Assembly (NCBI GenBank): GCA_040767085.1
Contig: JAXGPF010000011.1
Span: forward strand, 128,001 to 192,000
Length of the DNA: 64,000 nt
Direction: 5' to 3'
Source: Kiritimatiellia bacterium
Lineage (GTDB): Bacteria; Verrucomicrobiota; Kiritimatiellia; JAAZAB01
Positions 27,666 through 37,556 of the stretch are shown piece by piece; within the stretch, counting starts at the first letter, position 1, and each line of letters begins with the position of its first letter. The notes under the pieces were generated by a model. It ran no database searches. It was not told the origin of the DNA and saw nothing but the letters and a program-made list of their open reading frames with translations. The translations under genes and the position numbers were made by a program.

Positions 27666-29032
27666 CGTGCAGACTTCCGCGGGCGGGACGCAGTCCGCGG
27701 CCGGGACGCCAAGGCAATCATCGGGTTGGCCGCGGAAACCGTCACCGTGGCGGTGGACCTGGCCAACTCTTCCTCCAGTGAGCCGACAGCGCCGTCGAAC
27801 GAATCCTTGCCGCCCGGCGCGATTTCCTTGATCTCCGTCGGCAAGCCGATCTGGTCCAGCAAGGCGATGAACGGCTCGGGATCGAGTTCCTCGACGTTCA
27901 CCATGGTCCGCGGATTCCAGACGCCCCGGGCCGCCAGCAGGGCGGCGGCCACCGGCGGCACCCCGGCGGTATAGCTGATGCCCTGGGATTCAACCTCCTC
28001 GTAGCATTGCTTATGGTCGGAGACCTGGTAAATCAAGACCTCGCGCGGCCGGCCGTCTTTCCAGCCCTTGACGAAATTGCCGATGCAGGTCTTGCCGGTG
28101 TAGTTCGGCGCCAGCGTCTGCGGATCGGGCAGCAGCGCCTTGACCACCTTCAGCGGCACCACCTGCTGCCCGGTGGTCAGGGTCACCGGCAGATGCGAGA
28201 GGAACCCGAGCGTGCGCAGCACGGTGAAAACATTGATGTAATGGTCGCCGAATCCCATCCAGAACCGGATACTGTTGGCGTCGATATTCCGCGAAAGCGA
28301 ATGCAACTCGTCATGGCCGTTCAGGTAGATCGGCTGGGCGCCGACCACCGGGAAATCGTAAATACGCTTCACGGAATGGGTGGGATATTCCCGCCACTGG
28401 CGGTCAATCCAGGTCCAGACCTTGACAAACTCGCGGAAATTGATTTCCGGATCGAAATTCGTTGCGAAATACTTGCCATGCCGGCCGGCATTGACATCCA
28501 TGATGTCAATCGTATCAATCTTGTCGAAATAGCGCTTCGCTGCCAGCGCGCAGTAGGCGTTGACCACGCCCGGATCGAATCCTGTCCCCAGGATGGCCGA
28601 CAGGCCTTTCTCCCGGCAGCGGCCGCGGCGTTTCCACTCGTAGTTGGCGTACCAGGGCGGATTCTCGCAGACTTTGTCCGGCTCCTCATGGATAGCGGTA
28701 TCCAGGTAAACCGCGCCGGTTTCCAGGCAGGCTTCCAGGACCGACATGTTGATGAACGCGCTGCCCAGGTTGATGACAATCCCGGTCTTGGTTTCCTGGA
28801 TCAGGCGGACGGCCGCGGGCACGTCCAGGGCGTCGAGTGTTCGGGAATACAGTTTCCGGGCCGGATCCTGCACATGGCCCTTGCGCCGGACGCTCTCAAT
28901 GATGGCGTCGCATTTGGCCTGGGTGCGCGATGCCAGGCAGATATCCCCGAGCTCGGCATTGTGCATGGCCGCCTTGTGAGCCGCCACATGCGCCACCCCG
29001 CCGGCGCCGATGATCATGACATTGGGTTGCAT
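27662..29032 (-). CDS. Carboxy(nor)spermidine dehydrogenase (saccharopine dehydrogenase family)
   Basis: IGAGGV, LASRT, YLDTA, GFDPGV, FATNFDPEINFRE, SYTAGVP; directly downstream of nspC. Confidence 0.9.
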   Translation of the reverse strand: MQPNVMIIGAGGVAHVAAHKAAMHNAELGDICLASRTQAKCDAIIESVRRKGHVQDPARKLYSRTLDALDVPAAVRLIQETKTGIVINLGSAFINMSVLEACLETGAVYLDTAIHEEPDKVCENPPWYANYEWKRRGRCREKGLSAILGTGFDPGVVNAYCALAAKRYFDKIDTIDIMDVNAGRHGKYFATNFDPEINFREFVKVWTWIDRQWREYPTHSVKRIYDFPVVGAQPIYLNGHDELHSLSRNIDANSIRFWMGFGDHYINVFTVLRTLGFLSHLPVTLTTGQQVVPLKVVKALLPDPQTLAPNYTGKTCIGNFVKGWKDGRPREVLIYQVSDHKQCYEEVESQGISYTAGVPPVAAALLAARGVWNPRTMVNVEELDPEPFIALLDQIGLPTEIKEIAPGGKDSFDGAVGSLEEELARSTATVTVSAANPMIALASRPRTASRPRKSAR

Positions 29033-29044
29033 AGCTTTTCCTCC

Positions 29045-30160
29045 TCATCCTAGACTGGCAAGATAATCTTCGTAGTTGAAAGCCCGCACCCGGACCAGCC
29101 GGCCGTCCAGCCGCCGGACGCAGATGGCCGGCATCGGCAGTCCGTTGAACCAGTTTTTCTTGACCATGGTGTAACCGGCGGCATCGGCCACGCGGACCAG
29201 GTCCCCCGGCCGCAGCCGGCGGTCAAGCCGGAATTCGCCGAAGACATCGCCGGCCAGGCAGGAGCGGCCGGCAATCAGGCAGCGGTGCCGGCCGGGGCCG
29301 GGCCAGGCCAGTCTGGGGCTGAGCCGGTAAATCAGCAAATCCAGCATATGCGCTTCCGTCGAAGCGTCAATGATGGCAATCTCCTTCCGATTGCGCACGA
29401 CATCCAGCACGGTGGCTACCAGTTCCGCGCCGCCGGTGATTGCCGCCTCGCCTGGCTCCAGGTACACCTGCACGCCGAATGCGCGGCTGAAATCTTTCAG
29501 CCTGGCGCAGAATTGGTCCAGCGGATAGCCGGCCTTGGTGAATGCCAGCCCGCCGCCCAGGCTGACCCAGCTCATTTTTTTCAGGAGCGCGCCGTATTGG
29601 CGGCCAATCAGGTCCAACGCCGCCGAGAAATTTTTAAAATCGTCATTCTCGCAGTTGAAATGGAACATCAGGCCGGCCAGGCGTGGCGCCGCCCGGGCGA
29701 GCGCCCGGCGGTCTGCCACCCCCAGCCGCGAATACCGGCGCGCAGGGTCGGCCAGATCGTAATGCGAATAACTGATGCCGGGATTCACCCGCAACCCCAC
29801 CGGCAGATGCCGGACCGCGGCATAATGCTCGTCCAGTTGGGAGACCGAGTTGAAAATGACTTTATCGGCGTATTTGCGGACTTCCCGGATTTCGGCCCTG
29901 GAAAATCCGACGCTGAAAGCGTGCGTCTCGCCGCCGAATTTTTCCCGGCCCAGCCGGGCTTCGTACAGCGAGCTGCTGGTCGTGCCGTCCATGTAGCGGC
30001 GCATCAGCCCAAAGACCGGCCAGGCGGCGAAACATTTCAACGCCAGAACGAATTTAGCGCCGGACGCCGCGCGCGCGCGTTCGATCAGGCGCATATTGCG
30101 CAGCAGCCGCCGCTCGTCAATCAGGTAATACGGCGTCGGGAATTTGCGGTAATCGTTCAT
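29045..30160 (-). CDS. nspC: Carboxy(nor)spermidine decarboxylase
   Basis: TPYYLIDE, LALKCF, SSSLYEARLG, DPARRYSRLG, YLEPGEA, SCLAGDVFG, YTMVKKNWFNG. Confidence 0.92.
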   Translation of the reverse strand: MNDYRKFPTPYYLIDERRLLRNMRLIERARAASGAKFVLALKCFAAWPVFGLMRRYMDGTTSSSLYEARLGREKFGGETHAFSVGFSRAEIREVRKYADKVIFNSVSQLDEHYAAVRHLPVGLRVNPGISYSHYDLADPARRYSRLGVADRRALARAAPRLAGLMFHFNCENDDFKNFSAALDLIGRQYGALLKKMSWVSLGGGLAFTKAGYPLDQFCARLKDFSRAFGVQVYLEPGEAAITGGAELVATVLDVVRNRKEIAIIDASTEAHMLDLLIYRLSPRLAWPGPGRHRCLIAGRSCLAGDVFGEFRLDRRLRPGDLVRVADAAGYTMVKKNWFNGLPMPAICVRRLDGRLVRVRAFNYEDYLASLG

Positions 30161-30230
30161 GCGGATTGAAAATTTGTGTCCAACTATCGCATAACGCGAT
30201 GGAAAACACAATCAAAACCCGCCCGCCGCT

Positions 30231-30520
30231 GTATCGCCGCACGGTGTGCGGCATTCCGTTCCGCCCTGTAGCGCCGCACGGTGTGCGGCGTTCCGCTCCG
30301 CCCCTGTAGCGCCGCACTGTGTGCGGCGTTCCGCTCCGCCCCTGTAGCGCCGCACGGTGTGCGGCATTCTCGCTCTGCCCTGTAGTGCCGCACTGTGTGC
30401 GGCATTCTCGCTCCGCCCTGTATCGCCGCACGGTGTGCGGCATTCCGTTCCACCCTGTAGTGCCGCACGGTGTGCGGCGTTCCGTTCCACCCTGTAGTGC
30501 CGCACGGTGTGCGGCTTTCC
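30231..30520 (+). repeat. Tandem array of 8 GTAG-REP units (37-38 bp)
   Basis: Units start at 30231, 30268, 30306, 30344, 30382, 30420, 30457, 30494; GTA(G/T)-(C/T)GCCGCAC-(G/T)GT-GTGCGGC hairpin plus near-constant linker. Confidence 0.9.
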
Positions 30521-30678
30521 GCTACTGCTCGGCCGCATACTGTTGACTTATCGATAATATTATTCAACTCAGAAGGATTGAGCCAATATTGAAAGGAATC
30601 CGCGATTCCTGAGACTATTTGTATGGCAAACAAAGGCATTGCCAACAATATTACTTTATACCAGTTTGGACTCATCAT
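30521..30678 (-). pseudogene. 5' part of a putative membrane immunity gene, cut by the REP array
   Basis: MMSPNWYKVILLAMPLFAIQIVSG..., low GC, follows a putative toxin-tip stop and runs into the repeats. Confidence 0.4.
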
Positions 30679-30707
30679 GTATTTCCTTACAAATAATAAT
30701 GTCCACT

Positions 30708-30875
30708 TTACATCGCTCTGCGTATCCCCAGGTACCCAGCCGGGCCGACTCCAGGTTTTGTAGCATGCTCGCACAATTCGCCGACGTCACCAGCCAATAC
30801 TTCCCCTGAAACAGGCAATGATTTATATATCGGTATTTTAACAAATGGCCGCATTCCATGCCGCGCGTTGCGGAG
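30708..30875 (-). pseudogene. Putative toxin C-terminal tip fragment
   Basis: Open frame begins at the 30880 end-site and stops 30 nt before a hydrophobic ORF. Confidence 0.3.
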
Positions 30876-30879
30876 ATTT

Positions 30880-30908
30880 AGGTCAGTTAGCAGATATATC
30901 AATGACCC
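30880..30908. mobile_element. Empty/fused Y1-transposase end site
   Basis: AGGTCAGTTAGCAGATATATCAA joined directly to TGACCC; matches GGGGTCAGTCAGTAGATATATCAA at 36330. Confidence 0.65.
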
Positions 30909-30917
30909 TTCCCCCCG

Positions 30918-31298
30918 CTAGACTCCCTCCCCGTTCAGTGCGTGCCCAAGAAAGCATAGTAAGATAATAGACATAACAACCAGAACTCTGTGAATAATCG
31001 CTATAGACAAAAGCGGAAATGTAAATAATGGGGACAGGATTATAACTAACGCTGTGACAATAAGCCATATTCCACGGATTCGCGATCCTTTTTCACGCTT
31101 TGGTAATTCTCTATAACGATTAACCAATTCAAATACAGCCCATGAAAACATAATTATACCGGCGCAGATAGCCTGCCATCCTTGAACCCTAATCCAAATC
31201 GACGCAGACGTCTGTCCATATCTGATTGCAGCAACGCCGACATATCCCATTAGCAGGCATGCACAGGTAAACCAAACAGATGTATTTTGATCTTTCAC
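30918..31298 (-). CDS. Putative membrane immunity protein (about 4 TM)
   Basis: 126 aa, hydrophobic, low GC, starts 10 nt after the Rhs-CT stop. Confidence 0.65.
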   Translation of the reverse strand: MKDQNTSVWFTCACLLMGYVGVAAIRYGQTSASIWIRVQGWQAICAGIIMFSWAVFELVNRYRELPKREKGSRIRGIWLIVTALVIILSPLFTFPLLSIAIIHRVLVVMSIILLCFLGHALNGEGV

Positions 31299-31308
31299 TT
31301 TGGAATCG

Positions 31309-32160
31309 CTAATTGACTGTATTGTTTATCTGGCGCAAGATTTCACTCAACGCCGTGCCGAAACTCCCCCATCCTGTAGATGGCCCAGGTGTCACTGCCG
31401 CCGCGCCAATCTCTACTGATATTAGCACCTGCACTGGGTGAGTAAGCACATATAAGCTGCCTGCGTAGATCGTAACCACTCCTTCCCCCCCTGCGCCAAT
31501 AATCGCAATCGGCGCGGCCTGTATTTCTGGAGTTGGCCCCCATATTGGATCGTGTGGTGGAGAAGGCGGCCCCCGCAGCGGAGGTGTCTCAAAGGCTTGA
31601 GACCCTTTTCCCTGAGTAAGAATTAGTGAAGGCCGCCAAGGACGAGGATCGGTTCTAATTGGAGGGAAAATGGGCCCTGGCGATGTTACAATACCGTGTG
31701 GCATATTTTGATACCAGCACCAAGAACCCCAAGTGTCCTGGCACAGCCCTATGGGATCGCGGCTATTGACCGGATTATTGTTGCAGAACACATACTGATT
31801 CACCCCGCCGGAAATCCCGATCGGGTCATTGCTTAACCACCGACCAGTCAGCGGATCATACCATCTTGCCCGGAAATAATACAACCCGGTATTCCATGAA
31901 TATTCCCGACCTTGCCAGAGGAAGCGGTTGCCCACACTGGACACCTTCATCACCCCGCCCGTGGAATCAAACACGCCCAAGACGTTGCCGAACGCATCGT
32001 ATTCATATGATTTCACGATATTGCCATCGCTGTCAACGATGGCCTGCACGGAACCCAGATGATCCTTGACATAATAATACTTCGTTGCGGCGCCGCCGGT
32101 GTGCACGGTCATGGCAAGAATATTGTCCACGCCCGGACCGAAATGGACGACGTGGGAACG
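31309..32160 (-). pseudogene. Orphan Rhs module (core 3' end plus Pro-rich/hydrophobic C-terminal toxin tip)
   Basis: GPGVDNIL, DHLGSV, YDAFG, GLYYFRARWYDP..GRWLSNDPIG, NPVNSRDPIGL; Rhs similarity starts near 32140. Confidence 0.85.
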
Positions 32161-32210
32161 GTTCTCCACGCTTTCCGAGCTGGCACTATTTATTTCAAAG
32201 AACATTAAAT

Positions 32211-32741
32211 CTACTTTGATAATAAATGACGTTTCCAGCATAATCCTGGCTTCCATTTCAGATTTTCTGCCCCAGACCTCGGCAGTGTCGTCGGAGGCTG
32301 TACAGGCTGAGGATTTACATTGCTACTACTTAACCATTCCACCGAACCGTTGGCATAAAGCACCGAATAGCCACCCATACCCTTATGATTTCTAGTTTTA
32401 TCACGGGCAATGATTTGTTTTGAATCTCCCGTCCCTTCGGGTTTCTTATAGATGTAACTTATGGAATTGGCGATTGTTGATGAGTTGTCATAATCCGCAA
32501 AACACTTCAAGCTTCTTTGGCTCTCAAGATACTTTGGATAAAGTTCCTGAAGAGTTACGGGATATTCGCCATCATGTAGATTACGATATTTTTCAATCGC
32601 CTGACCGATGCGATACAAGTTATCTAAACAGGCAACTATTCTCGCCTCCGAAGCTGACTTTGCCATATTGTGTACAATCCAAAATACTCCCGCCCCAAGA
32701 AGAACGAGAGTAACAAGAATGAATATCGTTTTTGATCGCAT
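32211..32741 (-). CDS. Pseudopilin-like (DUF1559/H-X9-DG-like) protein in immunity position
   Basis: N-terminal TM, CLDNLYRIGQAIEKY..GEYP, NHKGMGGYSVLYANGSVEW; 14 nt after the Rhs stop. Confidence 0.65.
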   Translation of the reverse strand: MRSKTIFILVTLVLLGAGVFWIVHNMAKSASEARIVACLDNLYRIGQAIEKYRNLHDGEYPVTLQELYPKYLESQRSLKCFADYDNSSTIANSISYIYKKPEGTGDSKQIIARDKTRNHKGMGGYSVLYANGSVEWLSSSNVNPQPVQPPTTLPRSGAENLKWKPGLCWKRHLLSK

Positions 32742-32755
32742 AACCAGGCCCCAGA

Positions 32756-34882
32756 CTAGGGAACACTTCCTGGAAGGATTGGAAACGTGCTAATAACTTC
32801 TTCAACGATTTTATTTCCGAAGGTGTAGCAGTTGGGATTCCCAATGCCCATAGCGTTATACCCCAGCTTATCTTGATTGGAATAAGCATCCCTAAACTTT
32901 GTGAGCATTTTATTGCTTTCATCACAAGTGGTTTCATAATGCCGATTCCACCATTTATTACCGAGCTTCCTAATGCTTTCCACTGTACGTGGCATATCTG
33001 GATAATAGCTCTGCAAAAATATTACGGGGTCAATGCAAGCTACTTCCGCTTTGTCTTTCCAGAAAACCCGCCATTGACTTGCGCCCCGATTCCAACTTTG
33101 ACCGCTGTAGTGGTATATTTCTACACCACCATTTGGAGTATCCACAGCCCAATAAGCGGTGTAACTGACATTGATTCGGTATACATCCAATCCCAACGGA
33201 TCAATAAACATCACGGGATTGTCGTTGCAAAACACATACTGATTCAACCCACCTGAAATCCCAATGGGATCGTTGGAGAGCCAACGCCCAGTGATAGGAT
33301 CATACCATCGTGCCCTAAAATAATAGAGTCCCGTCATCCAACTGTATTCTCGTCCCTGCCAGAGGAAGCGATTGCCGATGCTGGATGTCTGAAGGACGCC
33401 ACCTGTGGAATCATAAACGCCGAGCACGTTGCCCCATCCGCCGTATTGATAACTCTCTACAACCGAACCCGAAGAATCCACGATGGCTTGGACCGAACCG
33501 AGATGATCTTTGACGTAATAATAGGTATTGGTCGTTTCACCATGCATCGTCATCGAAAGAATATTGTCCACGCCCGGACCATACGTGTATGACCGGACCA
33601 GATTTCCGTTCTGATCGGTGTCGGCAATCACATGCAGGCCGTCATAAATCATTTTTTCAGTCACTCCGCCGCTGCTGACGGAAATCCGGCGGCCCAGCGC
33701 GTCATATCCATAGCTCTCGGACTGGGAACCGTTGATGCTGACGGACGTCAGGCGGTACCGGCTGTCCCAGGTCAGAGCCAGCACTCGTCCGTCATTATAT
33801 GCGATATCGGTCACATTCCCAGCGTCGTCATAATCGCAGTCGCCGATTGCGCCAAAAGTATTGAGCCGATTGCCCTGGCCGAGGCTGTAATTGATATTTG
33901 TGCCATTCTCTGTCATCTGCGTCCGATTGCCGGCCCGGTCGTAGGCGTAGGCAACGGTGAAGGTGTTGGAGTCAATATGACGGATTTCAGCGGTCAACCG
34001 GTCCAGGTCGTCATAGGTGTAATCATTGGTGGCGCCTTGGTCGTTGATGACGGTCACTTTCTGCGTGATCATGCCGGCGTTGTTGTAGCCGTAGTTGAAT
34101 GTGATCGGCTGGTTGGTTCCGGCAGCCCAATTGATCTCCGCAACCTGATCCATGACGTCATATTTGTTGGTCACGGAAAAAACGCCGGTTGCGCGCGCCA
34201 CCTTGGCAATCAGGCCGTTGTTGGAGTTGTAGCTGTAATCGAACGTGCCGGCCGGCGCGGTGATGGAACTCAACCGGTCGCCGGCATCCAACGTATAACT
34301 AACATTCCCAACAAGCGATGCGACGGAGGATACCTGGCCGCCCGGATGATATCCGTATTCCACCGTGCTGTTTGGCGTCACGCCCACAGTTTGGGTCAGC
34401 CGGTTGGCCATGTCATAGGCATTGGAGATGGCGCCCGCGCTGTCGGATACCTGTTTGAGCAGGCCGTTGGCGAGATATTCGCAGGAAATAGCGGCGTTTG
34501 GATAGGCTATCTGGGTCGGTCGTCCGCTGCCGTCATAGTCAAACGACACGCTTGAACCGTCAAAACGTGCCATGGAATCCACGAATTCGCCCACCCCGTA
34601 GCTTATGCTCATCCCCTGTCCTTCCACGTTGGTCACCGACACCGGCCGGTCTTGGATGTCAAGCACGTAGGATTCCACCGCCCGGTTCAAGCCATCGCGG
34701 ATACGCAAGGTGTTGAGCTGTTGGTTGTATTCATGGGTTATGCCAACCGTCTGGCCGTTCACCGTGCGGCTGACCGACTCCAGTTTGCGTGTAGGCAACC
34801 AGGACATCCGGGTAACCCGCCCGGCGCGATCCACATGGTTGGTAAGATTACCGATGACGTCGTAGTTGAATGTTTCAAGCAT
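32756..34882 (-). CDS. N-terminally truncated Rhs/YD-repeat protein with C-terminal toxin domain
   Basis: Many YD repeats, Rhs core, NPVMFIDPLGL then a unique tip; begins mid-repeat right beside the 34885 end-site. Confidence 0.9.
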   Translation of the reverse strand: MLETFNYDVIGNLTNHVDRAGRVTRMSWLPTRKLESVSRTVNGQTVGITHEYNQQLNTLRIRDGLNRAVESYVLDIQDRPVSVTNVEGQGMSISYGVGEFVDSMARFDGSSVSFDYDGSGRPTQIAYPNAAISCEYLANGLLKQVSDSAGAISNAYDMANRLTQTVGVTPNSTVEYGYHPGGQVSSVASLVGNVSYTLDAGDRLSSITAPAGTFDYSYNSNNGLIAKVARATGVFSVTNKYDVMDQVAEINWAAGTNQPITFNYGYNNAGMITQKVTVINDQGATNDYTYDDLDRLTAEIRHIDSNTFTVAYAYDRAGNRTQMTENGTNINYSLGQGNRLNTFGAIGDCDYDDAGNVTDIAYNDGRVLALTWDSRYRLTSVSINGSQSESYGYDALGRRISVSSGGVTEKMIYDGLHVIADTDQNGNLVRSYTYGPGVDNILSMTMHGETTNTYYYVKDHLGSVQAIVDSSGSVVESYQYGGWGNVLGVYDSTGGVLQTSSIGNRFLWQGREYSWMTGLYYFRARWYDPITGRWLSNDPIGISGGLNQYVFCNDNPVMFIDPLGLDVYRINVSYTAYWAVDTPNGGVEIYHYSGQSWNRGASQWRVFWKDKAEVACIDPVIFLQSYYPDMPRTVESIRKLGNKWWNRHYETTCDESNKMLTKFRDAYSNQDKLGYNAMGIGNPNCYTFGNKIVEEVISTFPILPGSVP

Positions 34883-34884
34883 TT

Positions 34885-35875
34885 GGGGTCAGTCAGTAGA
34901 TATAACAATATTAAGCAGTTTGCGCCTTTTCTCCCGCAGATCCGGAGAGTTTTTTAAACGACTTTTCTGCTTCGTAATCAATTGACTGCAATACGCGCGG
35001 GCGCCCATCTTCAGCACATCTCGAATCCAGTCCAACCGCATCACTGTTTCTGACTGGATGGCTTCGGCCATTACAAGCTTGCGATAATCGTTACATGGAA
35101 TCCCGGCCAGTTCTTTTTGCCTCCAGGTTGAAATACTTCAGTCCGGAGCTTAGGATCAGCCGCACGCAACTGGATACTTTTAAATGTCAATTGTCAAGGG
35201 CTGGCCCTGCGCACTGCCGCGCTTAAGATATCGTCCGTATTCCCGTCCCGCCAGCCGACTACGGCTGTCTATTTCTACACTCCCGTATACTCGCTCCAGT
35301 TCCAGCCAGGCCGGAGCTGTAGCGCGCCCCAGGTACGCCGGCAAACTGCCCCAAGGATACTCGCCGGCTTGTTTCACCAGGCCTGCCCGCAGCGGATTGA
35401 GATGAATATACGTGCTCACACGGGCTGTGAACCCAGATTCCTCCGCGTCAATCATTACCGCCTTGTACCGGCCCTGAAAAACATGCCCGTGCCGCCGGTG
35501 TCGCACATTGTAACGCAGGATGTAGGTGCTTAAAAACCATTTCATCCCAGCCACCAGATTGGTCTCCGGCGTTTCCAGCAGCATGTGAAAATGGTTGCGC
35601 ATCAATACATAGGCGTGCACCTACCATCCTGTCCGACCACATGTTTCCCCCAGCGTCTTGAGGAACAGGTTGCGATCGGCATCATCTTCGTAAATCGCCT
35701 CCCCGCGGTCGCCACGGCTCATCACGTAACGTGTCCGCCATAGCATTGCGCGACGGCGAATACAGGGCGCCAGCGTATTCTACTCTTGGTTGCCTTGGCA
35801 TATTTGGTATTTGGTATTTAACACCAATTAAATATATTAATCAAGCAAAATATACCAATATTCACGGACTGACCC
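34885..35875 (-). mobile_element. Decayed Y1/HUH (RAYT-like) transposase unit 1, pseudogene 34889-35801
   Basis: MPRQPRVEYAGALY, HUH motif NHFHML, GHVFQGRYKA, YIHLNP; 31-nt insertion, internal TAG, internal deletion; ends GGGGTCAGTC / GACTGACCC. Confidence 0.85.
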
Positions 35876-35899
35876 TCCACCCCCTCCTTATTTCCGCCT

Positions 35900-36289
35900 T
35901 TAACGAGTGACCCCGTATCCCACGGAACACTCTTGAATTAAATCGTCTTTAGTTCCAATTATTCCATCTTTACCAATACTAATTATCGTTATTTTGAAAG
36001 AATTATTTTTGTCCGTTTTTAATGACACGGCAATATGATTTCCCCATGCATCAAACAAATTTGGATTTGACGCAAACAAATCGTGCGAATGTTTCATTAT
36101 AGCATTTGTAATATTTGCCTGTATAAATTCTTCTTCTTGTAATTTATCTAAGGCAACAAAGATTTGTCCAAATGTATCATATGTTTTTAACACATTAACA
36201 TAAGCTACAAGATATCTGTAAAACAAATAACTTAACATTGCAATCAATATCGACAATATGAGAATAAGGGCTATTATTTTATTTTTCAT
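35900..36289 (-). CDS. GspG-C-terminal-like small membrane-anchored protein, putative immunity
   Basis: N-terminal TM, DAWGN, ISIGKDGIIGTKDDL; very AT-rich; ATG overlaps the TGA of a short upstream remnant. Confidence 0.7.
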   Translation of the reverse strand: MKNKIIALILILSILIAMLSYLFYRYLVAYVNVLKTYDTFGQIFVALDKLQEEEFIQANITNAIMKHSHDLFASNPNLFDAWGNHIAVSLKTDKNNSFKITIISIGKDGIIGTKDDLIQECSVGYGVTR

Positions 36290-36329
36290 TGAGCAAACAA
36301 TGTTGGGAAAAAGGTCCCCGTCAAAGATT

Positions 36330-36876
36330 GGGGTCAGTCAGTAGATATATCAATATTAAGCAGTTTGCTCCTTTTCTCCCGTAGATCCGGAGAGTATTTT
36401 AAACGACTTTTTTGCTTCATAATCAATTGACTGCAATACGCGCGGGCGCCCATCTTCAGCACATCTTGGACCCAGTTCAACCGCATCACTGCTTCTGACT
36501 GGATGGCTTCGGCCATTACAATCTTGCGATAATCGTTGTATGGAATCCCGGCCAGTTCTTTCGCCTCAAGGGTGAAATACTTCAATCCGGAGCTTAGGAT
36601 CTGCCGCGCGCAACCGCATACTCTCAAATGTCATTTGTCAAGGACTGGCCCTGCGCATTCCTAGTCTGGTTATAAATCGCTGGCAATCCTCATTAACGTG
36701 CATTAATTTTCACGCCGTTCTCCGCGAGCCATGACGCGGCTTATCCGCCATAGCCTTGCGTGACGGCGGATAGATCGCCCCCGCATATTCTATTCGGTGT
36801 TGTCTTGCCATGTGTCACATATCGCATATCCTAAATCATTTGTTAACCATTATTTATATATCTACTGACTTACCCC
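36330..36876 (-). mobile_element. Decayed Y1 transposase unit 2, pseudogene 36334-36811, large internal deletion
   Basis: MARQHRIEYAGAIY start, same C-terminus (...LLNIDISTD*); ends GGGGTCAGTCAGTAGATATA / TATATCTACTGACTTACCCC. Confidence 0.85.
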
Positions 36877-36954
36877 TTATTCCCCGCATTATATGACGCC
36901 GGGGATTATTCCTACTATTTTATTTTCTATGGGATACTAGTGTCTGCATTTTAT

Positions 36955-37320
36955 TTAACTACGCCTAATGGTCTCAATTTCCCGCTTAATGAATGCTGCA
37001 CACGCCTTAAACTTATCTGTGAATGTCACTTCCGAAGTCTCGGTCATATCGATCTTTCCTACAATGTAGGTTTCATTCTTACTTTTTTTGAAATACCATC
37101 CAGAGCTTGTTCGCTTATCTTCAGAGTATTCTAACCAGTAATTAACAGCCTGAAGATTTGTGGAAAGCACTTCTGCAATAGATATTTCCGAAATAAGATC
37201 ATAAATATCGCAATATCCCGTTTCTTTGAGTAAATCTTTTATGGAAACCGTGCCTGATGTATTGAACGTTTCAGGCAAGGCTATTATTAGGTCTAATACG
37301 TCGCTATCATTAGATTTCAT
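36955..37320 (-). CDS. Putative immunity protein
   Basis: 121 aa, acidic, low GC, 12 nt downstream of a toxin tip. Confidence 0.7.
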   Translation of the reverse strand: MKSNDSDVLDLIIALPETFNTSGTVSIKDLLKETGYCDIYDLISEISIAEVLSTNLQAVNYWLEYSEDKRTSSGWYFKKSKNETYIVGKIDMTETSEVTFTDKFKACAAFIKREIETIRRS

Positions 37321-37332
37321 AATACATGCCGC

Positions 37333-37551
37333 CTATCTGATCAGTTGTGTGCCATCTTCGCTCAGACGGAATCCTTTTCCAAGCAAATACTCCAATTCTT
37401 TTCGATATGAGCCCGATACTTCTCCTATATCCTTGACAGGATTGGACAAAATGATCTCGTCACCACGGGCAATTAGTCGATCCAAAAACTTTTGATTAGC
37501 TGCCCATTGTTCGGCCTTGGTCATTCTGTTCCATATAGCAGTTGGCATCAA
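37333..37551 (-). pseudogene. Polymorphic-toxin C-terminal tip fragment
   Basis: WAANQKFLDRLIARGDEIILS...YRKELEYLLGKGF resembles Rhs/CdiA-type tips; starts at the 37557 end-site. Confidence 0.65.
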
Positions 37552-37556
37552 AGATT

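Noticed and set aside
30231-30520. CRISPR array
   Set aside because: Linkers are short and near-identical rather than unique spacers; no cas genes; units are GTAG-REP hairpins.
30117-30774. ORFs reading through the tandem repeat
   Set aside because: Repetitive translations (PHTVRRY) are by-products of the DNA repeat.
31740-33580. Diversity-generating retroelement TR/VR pair in the two Rhs cores
   Set aside because: Differences are not adenine-specific and no reverse transcriptase is present; ordinary Rhs paralogy.
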